Positions 54,490 to 64,000 of a DNA stretch of 64,000 nt are shown piece by piece; position 1 is the first letter of the stretch, and every line of letters starts with the position of its first letter. Made by a program: the position numbers and the translations under genes. The notes under the pieces were generated by a model, which ran no database searches, was not told where the DNA came from, and saw only the letters and a list, made by a program, of their open reading frames with translations. Origin of the DNA: Proteromonas lacertae. Its lineage: Eukaryota. The DNA is taken from contig NGBS01000600.1 of assembly GCA_002245135.1 (NCBI GenBank), positions 62,001-126,000 of the forward strand, in the 5' to 3' direction.

Positions 54490-55461
54490 TTATATTTGTG
54501 ATTTTATCGATATACATCTAATTTTCTTTCTGTTACATGCTAATGAATAATAAGTACTACTTCTACTTCCAATCAGTGTATTACATTCAGATAAAATATA
54601 ATTTTCTGCAATTAGTTTTACAACACAATTGTTTAAAGAGTTCTTATTATGCATGCTAAATCTTGCGTGACAAATATTACCGGGAATGATATAATTATAT
54701 GAATATTTAATAAATTCATTTTGAAAATATTTCTTAATTAATGTCGAATCTGAAGCAATATACAACCCACATTTATTATTTTCATTTAAACTATTATTAA
54801 TTATTCTAGTGTATAAATCAATGCTTTTATTATTAAAAAATCTATTATCTTTTTCATTAAAATCTGAATAAATACCAGTTCGAATATGTACACCTATAAT
54901 ACATTTAGATTCTTTATATCTATTAAAATCTTTAATATAATAATTGATTACAGCTGTAGGAATTAAAAAAATATCTTGAAGTAATGACTGTAAATTTCTA
55001 TATTTATTTTTTGTTTTCTTTAAAGTTCTTATTATATTATTAGTCATATTATAAAACAATAAGATGCTAGAAATGTAACTATGATATGTATATATTTTAA
55101 TAGATTTTCCATGCTTTAGTTCTTTTAAAACACTAACATTTTTTCTATCATATACAATCAACTTTGTTATATTATAATATTGAATAAACAACTTTTTAGG
55201 CAATTTGAAATAGAACAATAAATCCCTCCATCCCACAATAAAAATTGGACGAAATGACACAAGAGATAAAAAGAAACTACTAGTTAATGTTGGTATTTTA
55301 TTTGCATAACCACACCCAATATAAGGATAAAAGTAAATATTTGATTCATAAATTCTTTTATTAATCATTAGAAAATCATTTACTAAATTTACTCTATTAT
55401 TATTAAAACTAAAATACATTAAAGATACAAATGTTATAATTTTTAAAAGTATGTATAACAT
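54490..55461 (-). CDS. Fucosyltransferase-like (GT-B) protein
   Basis: Signal anchor; GYANK, IGVHIRTG, LYIASDS and ENYILSECNTLIGSRSSTY correspond to the three conserved GDP-fucose-binding motifs. Confidence 0.8.
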   Translation of the reverse strand: MLYILLKIITFVSLMYFSFNNNRVNLVNDFLMINKRIYESNIYFYPYIGCGYANKIPTLTSSFFLSLVSFRPIFIVGWRDLLFYFKLPKKLFIQYYNITKLIVYDRKNVSVLKELKHGKSIKIYTYHSYISSILLFYNMTNNIIRTLKKTKNKYRNLQSLLQDIFLIPTAVINYYIKDFNRYKESKCIIGVHIRTGIYSDFNEKDNRFFNNKSIDLYTRIINNSLNENNKCGLYIASDSTLIKKYFQNEFIKYSYNYIIPGNICHARFSMHNKNSLNNCVVKLIAENYILSECNTLIGSRSSTYYSLACNRKKIRCISIKSQI

Positions 55462-55479
55462 ATATTCAAAATCTTTTCA

Positions 55480-56637
55480 ATGATTAAAATTTTAAACATA
55501 ATATTAATAGTTACTACTATTATCATTTCAACATTTTCTATTTTTGCAAATAACTCTGTAATACTACAATTAAATACATATAAATTAGGAAACGAAATGT
55601 ATATAACATCTGTTCAGTATGTTAACTATGAAAAAAAAATAAAAGTAATTATATATTCACTACAAGAAGTTATAAATATAGTTACCTGTTTAATATTTTA
55701 CAAAACAGCACAAGACATATGTAATCCTAAATTAGTATTTTATAGAAAAAGTGCATCATTTTGCTTAATGGAAGTTTTTACCAATCAAAATAAGATTCCT
55801 CAAAAAATAAAATTGAATAATATCACTGTAGATATACCTACATCAAGAAGAAATAGAAACAACAAATTTGTTGCTTGTTATGCAGTTATGTCAAATTTTA
55901 ATAGACCTCTCATGTTAACTGAATTAATTGAATCAAATATATATTTTGGTGTGTCAAAACTAGTTTTCTATTATCATTCTGCTTCTAACATAGTAATACA
56001 ATTGTTAAAGTATTATCAAAAAATAGGAGTAGCAGATGTTTATCAATATAAATCAGATAAATATTTATCTGATATGGAAAATAAACGAGATGATCCACAA
56101 CTATATCATTTAATCTATTTTAAAATGAATCATTGTTTTAATGAATATAAAACAAAATCAAATCATATGTTCTTTTTGGATTTGGATGAAGTGCTATGGC
56201 CTGTAAATGCAAAAAATTATGAAGAATTATTATTAAGAATTCCGAAAAAAGAATTTTACTTCATAAACTCTTTCTTCTTTAAAACAGATTATAATTTATC
56301 TAACAGATTAGATAAAAACGTATATATAGTTTTACCAGATTTAGATATGTTTTCAGTTAAACAATATTGCCCAACATATGGAGGATTTGTAAGAAAATAT
56401 ATAATTTTAGATACAAATAAGTTCATTGCCACCGAAATACATAATTCTTATACAAATTATAAAATAAAAAAGGATTATTTATCAGGAGATATTGCTTATA
56501 TAAGACATACCAGACATTTTAACGATCTTATAAAAAATCTTTGCCCAAAATCAAAATTGTTAAACAAAAGCATGAATATGATTGAAAATCTTATTTATAG
56601 AAAATCTAAAAAAATTATGAGTATTATAGAGCTGTAA
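55480..56637 (+). CDS. GT92-family glycosyltransferase
   Basis: Signal anchor; ELIESNIYFGVSKLVFY, MNHCFNEYK, FFLDLDEVLWP, KYII and AYIRH. Confidence 0.82.
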   Translation: MIKILNIILIVTTIIISTFSIFANNSVILQLNTYKLGNEMYITSVQYVNYEKKIKVIIYSLQEVINIVTCLIFYKTAQDICNPKLVFYRKSASFCLMEVFTNQNKIPQKIKLNNITVDIPTSRRNRNNKFVACYAVMSNFNRPLMLTELIESNIYFGVSKLVFYYHSASNIVIQLLKYYQKIGVADVYQYKSDKYLSDMENKRDDPQLYHLIYFKMNHCFNEYKTKSNHMFFLDLDEVLWPVNAKNYEELLLRIPKKEFYFINSFFFKTDYNLSNRLDKNVYIVLPDLDMFSVKQYCPTYGGFVRKYIILDTNKFIATEIHNSYTNYKIKKDYLSGDIAYIRHTRHFNDLIKNLCPKSKLLNKSMNMIENLIYRKSKKIMSIIEL

Positions 56638-56652
56638 CAAATAGATGCATAA

Positions 56653-58041
56653 TTAAGCTTTGCATTGTTTTTGCCTAGAATGATTTATTCCCACTTTACA
56701 ACCTAGATTATGAGTATTATTATATAAACCAACAATTTTTATTAGCTCTGGAACTTTGTTATAAAGAGAAGGAAAGAAGACTAGATTTTCAGCCCATATT
56801 CCTCTACATTTACCAAATCCCCAATCATATGCTCGGATTAATTTTTTGCAGATATTATTATGTTCTTTACATATTTTTACATATAGTTTTCCTATTTCAT
56901 TTAAATTTTCTTCTCTACCTGCATGAAAAATATAATTATTATCAAGATAATCTTTTGCTTTATTAATCATTTGAATAATATATGAAAAGTTCAATTTTTT
57001 CATACGCAACTGAGGGGAATAATATATAGCTTTAAAATGAGGACTTCCTTCAAGAATATATTGTTCTAAATATTGAGGACATCCAAAATGAATATGACCC
57101 AAATGTATTACAACACCAGGGTCAGAAATAAAAGGAAAATTAAGTAATCCTGTACCAGGTCCGCTGATATAAATATGAACTCTGCTAAGTAATTTTAGTT
57201 GTTCATAAAAAGAAGAATAATTTTTATAATCAATGTAATATAATTTTATATATTTATTATTGTGATAATAATTTATCACGCTATTCAATACATCTATTTC
57301 ATATTTTGAATATCTTTTGTTATGAACTACAATACCTTCTATTTGATATGAAAATTTGGGTTTAATATTAAATACATCATACATTCTATCTCTAATCAAT
57401 TTTGTGATATTATATTTTCTGGAATATTTTAAAGCATAATCGAGTGTTACACATCTTTGACATTGATGAGATGATCCAACAATTAAAGTCTTGAATAACA
57501 ATATTTTACCTTTTAGTTTATTTAAATATATATTTCTTCCTTTCGAAAATTGTTGAAGAACATTTAAAATGTCATTTAAATATCTTGTGTTAGCATAAAT
57601 ATCACCAAATACTAGATTGAATTTTTCATTTTTGTATCCTAATTTTACAATACTAGCATATACAGAATACAGATCGTCCCAAAAAGCGTGACCATAATTT
57701 TTCGTATATGTTAATCTAAATGGAACTGATATACTATTATATGCTATAACTGTATGGTGTTTTACATTATAAAACTTTTCATATGAAAGTATATTTACTT
57801 TCCAACAACTTCCTAATTTTTTAGCATAGGCATTTATACAGTAATTGAAATTATTGCCTGAACTAGAATATAAAATCCATTTAAAATTTATAAAATATAC
57901 ATTTTTGAAAATACATGTCCTGTAGCTATTATTATCAAAACAACCAATCGAACCGTGGTTCATATATAAATTACCTACTAGTATATATTCTGTAAGTAAA
58001 AAATAACATAGAAAATAAATAATTAATAATATTATAACCAT
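56653..58041 (-). CDS. GT61-like glycosyltransferase
   Basis: Signal anchor; TCIFKNV, NYGHAFWDDL and SFYEQLKLLSRVHIYISGPGTGLLNFPF resemble the GT61 NxxH and FxEQ...HGAGLxN motifs. Confidence 0.7.
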   Translation of the reverse strand: MVIILLIIYFLCYFLLTEYILVGNLYMNHGSIGCFDNNSYRTCIFKNVYFINFKWILYSSSGNNFNYCINAYAKKLGSCWKVNILSYEKFYNVKHHTVIAYNSISVPFRLTYTKNYGHAFWDDLYSVYASIVKLGYKNEKFNLVFGDIYANTRYLNDILNVLQQFSKGRNIYLNKLKGKILLFKTLIVGSSHQCQRCVTLDYALKYSRKYNITKLIRDRMYDVFNIKPKFSYQIEGIVVHNKRYSKYEIDVLNSVINYYHNNKYIKLYYIDYKNYSSFYEQLKLLSRVHIYISGPGTGLLNFPFISDPGVVIHLGHIHFGCPQYLEQYILEGSPHFKAIYYSPQLRMKKLNFSYIIQMINKAKDYLDNNYIFHAGREENLNEIGKLYVKICKEHNNICKKLIRAYDWGFGKCRGIWAENLVFFPSLYNKVPELIKIVGLYNNTHNLGCKVGINHSRQKQCKA

Positions 58042-58428
58042 TTATATAGAAAATAAATAATTTTTTGCTTCCTATCTCAATGAAAATATCTATATAATTT
58101 CTATATTATTTTAAAATAGATGATAAATTAATATATTTTGATTGTAAGAACTATTAATCAAAAGAAGTGATAAACATATTAATTAATAATTAGCATTAAT
58201 ATTCCATTTATGAAATATATGACTATTGTTTTAGTATTATTTTCTGTAGCATAGTTGATTAGGCCTAATTGCTACTTAGAAAGAAGATTACCGAAAAGTA
58301 AAGGTAAATATATTGAAATTATTATACTTCGACTTTACCATATAAAAATCATAAAATAGAAGCAATATAAACTATTGGTTACTCTTGAAAATAGACCTTA
58401 AAAATAAAACTTAAACCTTTTTCTACTG

Positions 58429-59582
58429 ATGATTAAAAGAAAAACTAACAAATATAAATACTGATATTATTTTTCATTAAGCAATCATTATATTTATATT
58501 TCATAATAATAATTTTATTAATAAAGAATATATTATTTAAACATAAATTATTAAACATATACGATGATATTTTAAATCCCATTCAAATTGAAAAGGGGTT
58601 ATATATATTTTCCGCTATAATAGATAAGTATAGAATTAGGATGTTAATATTTAATAATAATAAAAGTATCAGAAAATGGTATAATAAATTGTACTGTAAT
58701 TATAAAGGGGATAATACTTATAGATACATAGCACATATAAAAAGCTACAGCAATATGCATGAGCAATATTATAACTTATTTTGTGGATTATTAAACATAA
58801 ATATTCATAAGAATATATTATTCATATCAAATAAACCTATCAAACTATTTAATAATTATAATCATACAAAAAAGTATGAGTTATTATTTTGCCTAACAAC
58901 ATTATTTAATTACAATAAGACAGATAGGTTTATAGAATTTGTTGAATACTACAGATATTTTGGTGTAGATAAATTTATTGTATATAACACTAATTGTTCA
59001 AAAGAAATAGAGAAAATTTACAAATATTATAAACTATTAGGCATAATGGATATAATATACGATAACTTTACTCATAATTTATATGAAAAAAAGAGATTTC
59101 ACTTATGGAAGCACAATGATTGCTTTCATAAATATAAATATTCTGCTAAGAGAATTATATTTACTGATCATGATGAAATTATATATTCATCTAAATATAA
59201 GAATAGTAGAAGCTTATTCTCTTTTTTAAATAAAGACGCTTCGTCGTATCTTTTCTATCCAAAATTAATAATTACCAATGGAAAAGGCTTCTTTAATTAT
59301 GGTAATTATTCAATATGCCCAAATAAACTTTGGAAATATGTTGTTAACAAACCAAATTGTATTCTTCATGTTAATATACATTTTGTAATAAACAAAAGAA
59401 AATGCTATACAGAAAATGTAGATGTAAGTATAGCATACGTAATTCATGCTAGAAATGAAGTTTCTTATCATGCTAGAGCATGCAAATTATGGAATTATGA
59501 AAATAATTATAATCAACAAAAATTAATTTTATCAAATTTTACAAATAAAGCTAAAGAAGACATAAAAGAAAAAATGGTGTAA
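58429..59582 (+). CDS. GT92-family glycosyltransferase; ATG at 58429 joins the main frame by a 1-nt indel at ~58456
   Basis: FIEFVEYYRYFGVDKFIVY, HNDCFHKYK, IIFTDHDEII, KYVVNKP and AYVIH. Frame is open upstream of 58641 back to 58458 and encodes a TM segment. Confidence 0.78.
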
Positions 59583-59632
59583 AATTTTATCTTAAAATAA
59601 TAAATAATAAGAGAAATAGATCTTATGTTTTT

Positions 59633-60604
59633 ATGATTAACAATTTATTAATAATCAATTAATCTATATACACTTTTAATTATTTTATACTGTTATATAC
59701 ATTTACTTTATTTACATTTGAGTTATTCAGAAGAACAGAACTATTATAACTTAATTATATCTAAGAAAGAATCTCTGAAAATAGAGAATGAAATAAAACA
59801 CAACCCTCCATATAATGAAGAAGAATTAATATTACCAAGAATTATAACCTTAAAAGTTAAAAGAAATATAAAAGTTAAGTACAATAAGGATATAAAATAT
59901 ATCATTGCTGTATTATCATCTCCACATAATTATAAAAAAGATATTCTTTTAGATATAATTACAAAATACACAGATTTATAAAATATACAAAAATGATATT
60001 CTTTATTGGAGCATCCATATTAGAAGATGTTGATATTCTAGAGAAAGAAATGATTCTATATGATGATGTTGTTCAGTTTCAATTTCAAAATAGTTACTTA
60101 AACTTAACTCTACTCTCTATTATGGCTATGCAGTACTGTTATTTCAATTTTAAGAATATATTATTCTATATTAAAACTGATGATGATATGTTAATTAACT
60201 ATACACTTTTAAAATATTTAATAAAAACCACTGATCCTAATAGTAACAATATATATGGTCATATGCAGAAGGAAAGAAAAGTAAATAGAAACAAAATCAA
60301 CATAAATTATATACCATATTTACAATATCCTTATGATTATTTACCAGAGTATGTATTTGGTGCGTTAATAATTGTCAGTAAATATTCACTAACTAAATTA
60401 TACAATCAAACTTTATATAGTCAATATTATGTATGGAGAGAAGACATAAATCTTGGAATTTTATGTAATATAACAAAATGTAAAGTTAAACAATTTCCCT
60501 CCAAAATAGATATTTTATTGCAAAATAGTAGTTGCAAAATATATGATAATGTGATAGCAATAGAGTTTAAGTCTTTAAAGGATAATTTTTATTGCTCATA
60601 TTAA
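59633..60604 (+). CDS. GT31-family galactosyltransferase-like gene, split by 1-nt indels (A6 run at ~59934; probably also ~59655)
   Basis: Adding one A restores IAVLSSPHNYKKRYSFR...MIFFIG. Then EMILYDDVVQ, SYLNLTL, YIKTDDD, PEYVFG and REDINLG, all GT31 motifs. Confidence 0.8.
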
Positions 60605-60794
60605 TCGATAAATATATAAAGACTATACTACAATTATGCATCAACACTAGTTAGAATAACAATTTATCCATAACAATTTTTGCAATACAGTGATTTTGTA
60701 TTTACTAGGTAGATATAAGAAATGAATACTGCAGAGAGGATGAAATTATGTTGTATGATGATGATAATGTAGTAGAATCATCTTTTGATCTTCC

Positions 60795-61572
60795 TTTAAT
60801 AATAATAATATATATATATATATAGTACTTGCATTTTGAAATATCTTCTTTGTTTCAAAGGTATGTTGTGCGCCGTTTGTCATAGTTAACCGTTTGTCTA
60901 CCAGACACTTTTAAAACAAACTAAATGTATATTCTTACTTGTCTTGATTAAAAATTGTTACTTTTATACTTACTTTGCTATATAACCTTACCTCTGCAGT
61001 ATACACTTTTGTTAATATAAATAGTTTGAATATTTGTGCCGTTTGTTTTCTAGAAATTTTTGAAACAAACTAAATTCATATTTAGCTAAAATAAACTAAA
61101 ATACATTAGCTGAAATGATTAGAATATAATAATTATTAAATCCTTCTATATAAAAGAAAACATGTAAAAAATTGGCTTGAGTAATGCTTGATTCTGTATT
61201 TTCTTTTTTCATTTTAAATGTCTTATGATCAACATTAAGTTGTTCTAATCATTTCAGCTAATGTATTTTAGTCTATATTAGCTAAATATGCATTTAATTT
61301 GCTTCAAAAATTTCTAGAAAACAAACGGCACAAATATTCAAACTATTTATATTAACAAAAGAGTATACTGCAGAGGTAAGGTTATATAACAAAGTAAGTA
61401 TAAAAGTAACAATTTTTAATCATGACAAGTAAGAATATACATTTAGTTTGTTTTAAAAGTGTCTGGTAGACAAATGGCCAACTATAACAAACGGCGCACA
61501 ACATACCTTTGAAACAAAGAAGATATTTCAAAATGCAAGTACTATATATATATATATATTATTATTATTAAA
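60795..61572. repeat. Perfect 69-bp inverted duplication flanking copy 3 (60795-60863 vs 61504-61572)
   Basis: TTTAATAATAATAATA(TA)nGTACTTGCATTTTGAAATATCTTCTTTGTTTCAAAGGTA is the exact reverse complement of the right flank, including the TA tract length. Confidence 0.92.
60864..61503. mobile_element. Fold-back element copy 3 (full length, 640 bp)
   Basis: TGTTGTGCGCC...GGCGCACAACA ends with ~260-bp TIRs; colinear with copy 1. Confidence 0.92.
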
Positions 61573-62262
61573 ATACTTACTTTATAGAAGCATGTACAGC
61601 GAAAGGTATAGAAGCATCATTATTTTATAGAAGTACATGCACAGTCACTCAAGGCATTAAGATATTTCTAGTTATTTTTATACTTAATTGGTAACCATGC
61701 AATTCATCGTCAAATGTAGAGATCTCTTACGAAAGGCAAAGCAGAAGACAATAGCCCGATGCCATGAAGAACATAAAGCCTTGGAAGGGAACGCTTAACT
61801 CACACCTAGATTATGTACTGCAGTAGATGCCATATATAGATCTGGGAAACCTACTAAGAATCAACAACCAGCCATCTCCATCAACTCCAGTGATAAAACA
61901 AGGGATATAATTAATCAGCTTAAACAACACAGTATACATGAGATTCTTAAGACAGTCAAGGACAACAATGATCTAATCGACCATGATGGGATGTTCGATA
62001 AGATCCAAAGGTAAAGTCACTTCCGATGTGCTGTCTCTTGAGTCTGTATCATCGCTTAAGACAATATGAAGATCATCACCTACTCAGGATAGAATCAATG
62101 AGGAGGCAAAAACAGCTTAGTAGTCCTCCTAAGAAGAGACCTATAACAACACCCTTACTACCATCGCTAGGTGCTTCAAGTGATCCTCCAGCGAAGCATC
62201 TACGGATCTACGGATAAGGAACGTGATTCATAATTAAAATAATTAATTATATTCTATTGTGT

Positions 62263-63105
62263 TTAGATATGAATGAAATTATTATTACTTATTTCTGATT
62301 TATACTCGTTAAATATATCTTTTCTAAAATTGTATAATAAATTAATTTTTGCATGATATATTTTCATTAAATCTTTGCTAATATTATATTCTTCAAAATA
62401 TGGTATCATATTTTCAATCATATACTTTTTGAAATTACTGAATATTTTATAAGATTCTTCAATACCTACAGGATTATTTATGAAAGGATGAAATTCTGAA
62501 AACACTAAATCAAAGCAATGGAGTATATTTTCTTTAATCATTCTAGGAATCATGTAATATTCTTCACCTTCTATATCAAATTTTAAAATGTTAAAATCAT
62601 TATGTCTTATGTTTAACATAAAATAACTAACTATATCGATTGATCTTATTTTCATTATTTTAGCACCTCTTTCTGATTTATTATAATATGCAGAACTTCC
62701 TAATGTTCCTGAAGTGGATTTAAAATTTATGAATCCACTTCTATTTGATACAACAACAGGACAGTTAACAAAAAAATTACACATATTTGTTACTGTTTTT
62801 AAAAAATTAACATTCTCTTCTATAAAATTACATAAATGAGGATTTGCTTCAAATACATGTACAGTTACTTTATTAGTCGGAAAATGTTGAAAAAAAGGAT
62901 AAGGCACATGATATGATCTCTTTCTATTTTTATATCCGAAAAGCCATAATAATGAGTCTCCATTGTTTGAACCTAAATCATAATATGAAATTTGGTTGTA
63001 TTTCTTTATATTACAACATTCATATGAGTTGAATGTGTAAACGAATAGAGATATATACATTAAATTAATTAATAAAATTACATACCACAAAAATACAATT
63101 TTCAT
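62263..63105 (-). CDS. FkbM-family SAM-dependent methyltransferase with N-terminal membrane anchor
   Basis: YYDLGSNNGDS (motif I), VHVFEANP, ILKFDIEGEEY and FSEFH. Confidence 0.85.
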   Translation of the reverse strand: MKIVFLWYVILLINLMYISLFVYTFNSYECCNIKKYNQISYYDLGSNNGDSLLWLFGYKNRKRSYHVPYPFFQHFPTNKVTVHVFEANPHLCNFIEENVNFLKTVTNMCNFFVNCPVVVSNRSGFINFKSTSGTLGSSAYYNKSERGAKIMKIRSIDIVSYFMLNIRHNDFNILKFDIEGEEYYMIPRMIKENILHCFDLVFSEFHPFINNPVGIEESYKIFSNFKKYMIENMIPYFEEYNISKDLMKIYHAKINLLYNFRKDIFNEYKSEISNNNFIHI

Positions 63106-63128
63106 ATTTATTGTGATGATAATTAATT

Positions 63129-63542
63129 ATGTTTATATATATATCAGTTATATTTTGTATTTTAGAATCGTTAATTCTTCTAAATATATTTCATTTAAGT
63201 TGCTGCACAACAATTCACATAATGATAACTGAATGTAATAGATATACTTATTTAAATAAAACATTATTCTCTTTATATTCACATTTACTGAAATATGACC
63301 AAAAATTAGATTATACAATTATATTTATTGATCAAGGTACTTTAGAAAGATACATAATAAGAACAAATTATAATTTAAGAAATACCTTTTTTATAAGCCC
63401 TAAGAATTATGAATACTCGTTTAAAATACTATTCTCTTACATTTATTATAATTATGTCTTTTTGCTAGAAGAAGATTGGATTATAAACAAAGAAATATAT
63501 AATTGTACTAGACATTTTTTAACTTTTACATTACTTAACTAA
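63129..63542 (+). pseudogene. Truncated GT-A/GT2-like glycosyltransferase fragment abutting element copy 4
   Basis: Signal anchor, NRYTYLNKTL, IIFIDQGT and YVFLLEEDW; the ORF ends soon after the DxD-like motif, directly before element sequence. Confidence 0.6.
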
Positions 63543-63558
63543 TTTCACAATTAACAAT

Positions 63559-63989
63559 GTCCTACCTCTGAAGTATACTCTTTTTATTAATATAAAAAGT
63601 TAATATAGACAAAAATACACTACTTTAAATCTTTATATAAATAAAGAAATGCAAAAATAGGCTTGAGTGAGGCTTGATTCTGTATTTTCTTTTTTCATTT
63701 TAAATGTCTTATGATCAACATTAAGTTGTTCTAATCATTTCAGCTAATGTATTTTAGTCTATATTAGCTAAATATGCATTTAATTTGCTTCAAAAATTTC
63801 TAGAAAACAAACGGCACAAATATTCAAACTATTTATATTAACAAAAGAGTATACTGCAGAGGTAAGGTTATATAACAAAGTAAGTATAAAAGTAACAATT
63901 TTTAATCATGACAAGTAAGAATATACATTTAGTTTGTTTTAAAAGTGTCTGGTAGACAAATGGCCAACTATAACAAATGGCGCACAACA
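63559..63989. mobile_element. Fold-back element copy 4 (degenerate left arm, intact spacer and right arm)
   Basis: 63672-63989 is nearly identical to 61186-61503 (one difference noticed); 63559-63625 is a deleted remnant of the left arm. Confidence 0.9.
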
Positions 63990-64000
63990 GAGGATTATTA

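Noticed and set aside
62026..62217. 63-aa ORF and other short intergenic ORFs (2057, 42324, 44105, 52833)
   Set aside because: No motifs; they lie in AT-rich spacers or decayed repeats.
1..64000. CRISPR array, prophage or bacterial operon interpretation
   Set aside because: No repeat-spacer array or phage genes; spliceosomal introns and a eukaryotic 5S indicate nuclear eukaryotic DNA.

Overview
Very AT-rich eukaryotic nuclear DNA with the standard genetic code and short (24-43 nt) GT-AG introns. A compact protist genome, possibly a Blastocystis-like stramenopile, is my inference only. The window has four parts. (1) 1-1957: the 3' part of a spliced LRR + pseudokinase gene. (2) 2211-40457: one apparently intronless ~38 kb gene for a ~12,700-aa secreted protein with FN3, PA14 and filamin-like domains plus a recurrent module; it is broken into nine ORFs by single-base frame changes, almost all +1. 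(3) 40741-40858: a lone, divergent but structurally compensated 5S rRNA gene on the minus strand. (4) ~41,000-64,000: a dense island of about 15 glycan-building and glycan-modifying genes (GT31, GT92, GT15-like, GT61-like, fucosyltransferase-like, two OafA/OatA-type O-acetyltransferases, an FkbM methyltransferase). The island is interspersed with a ~640-bp fold-back element with TGTTG...CAACA ends, which has inverted rather than direct flank duplications and appears to bracket gene cargo. Homopolymer indels in several genes suggest residual assembly error, so frameshift claims need read-level checking.
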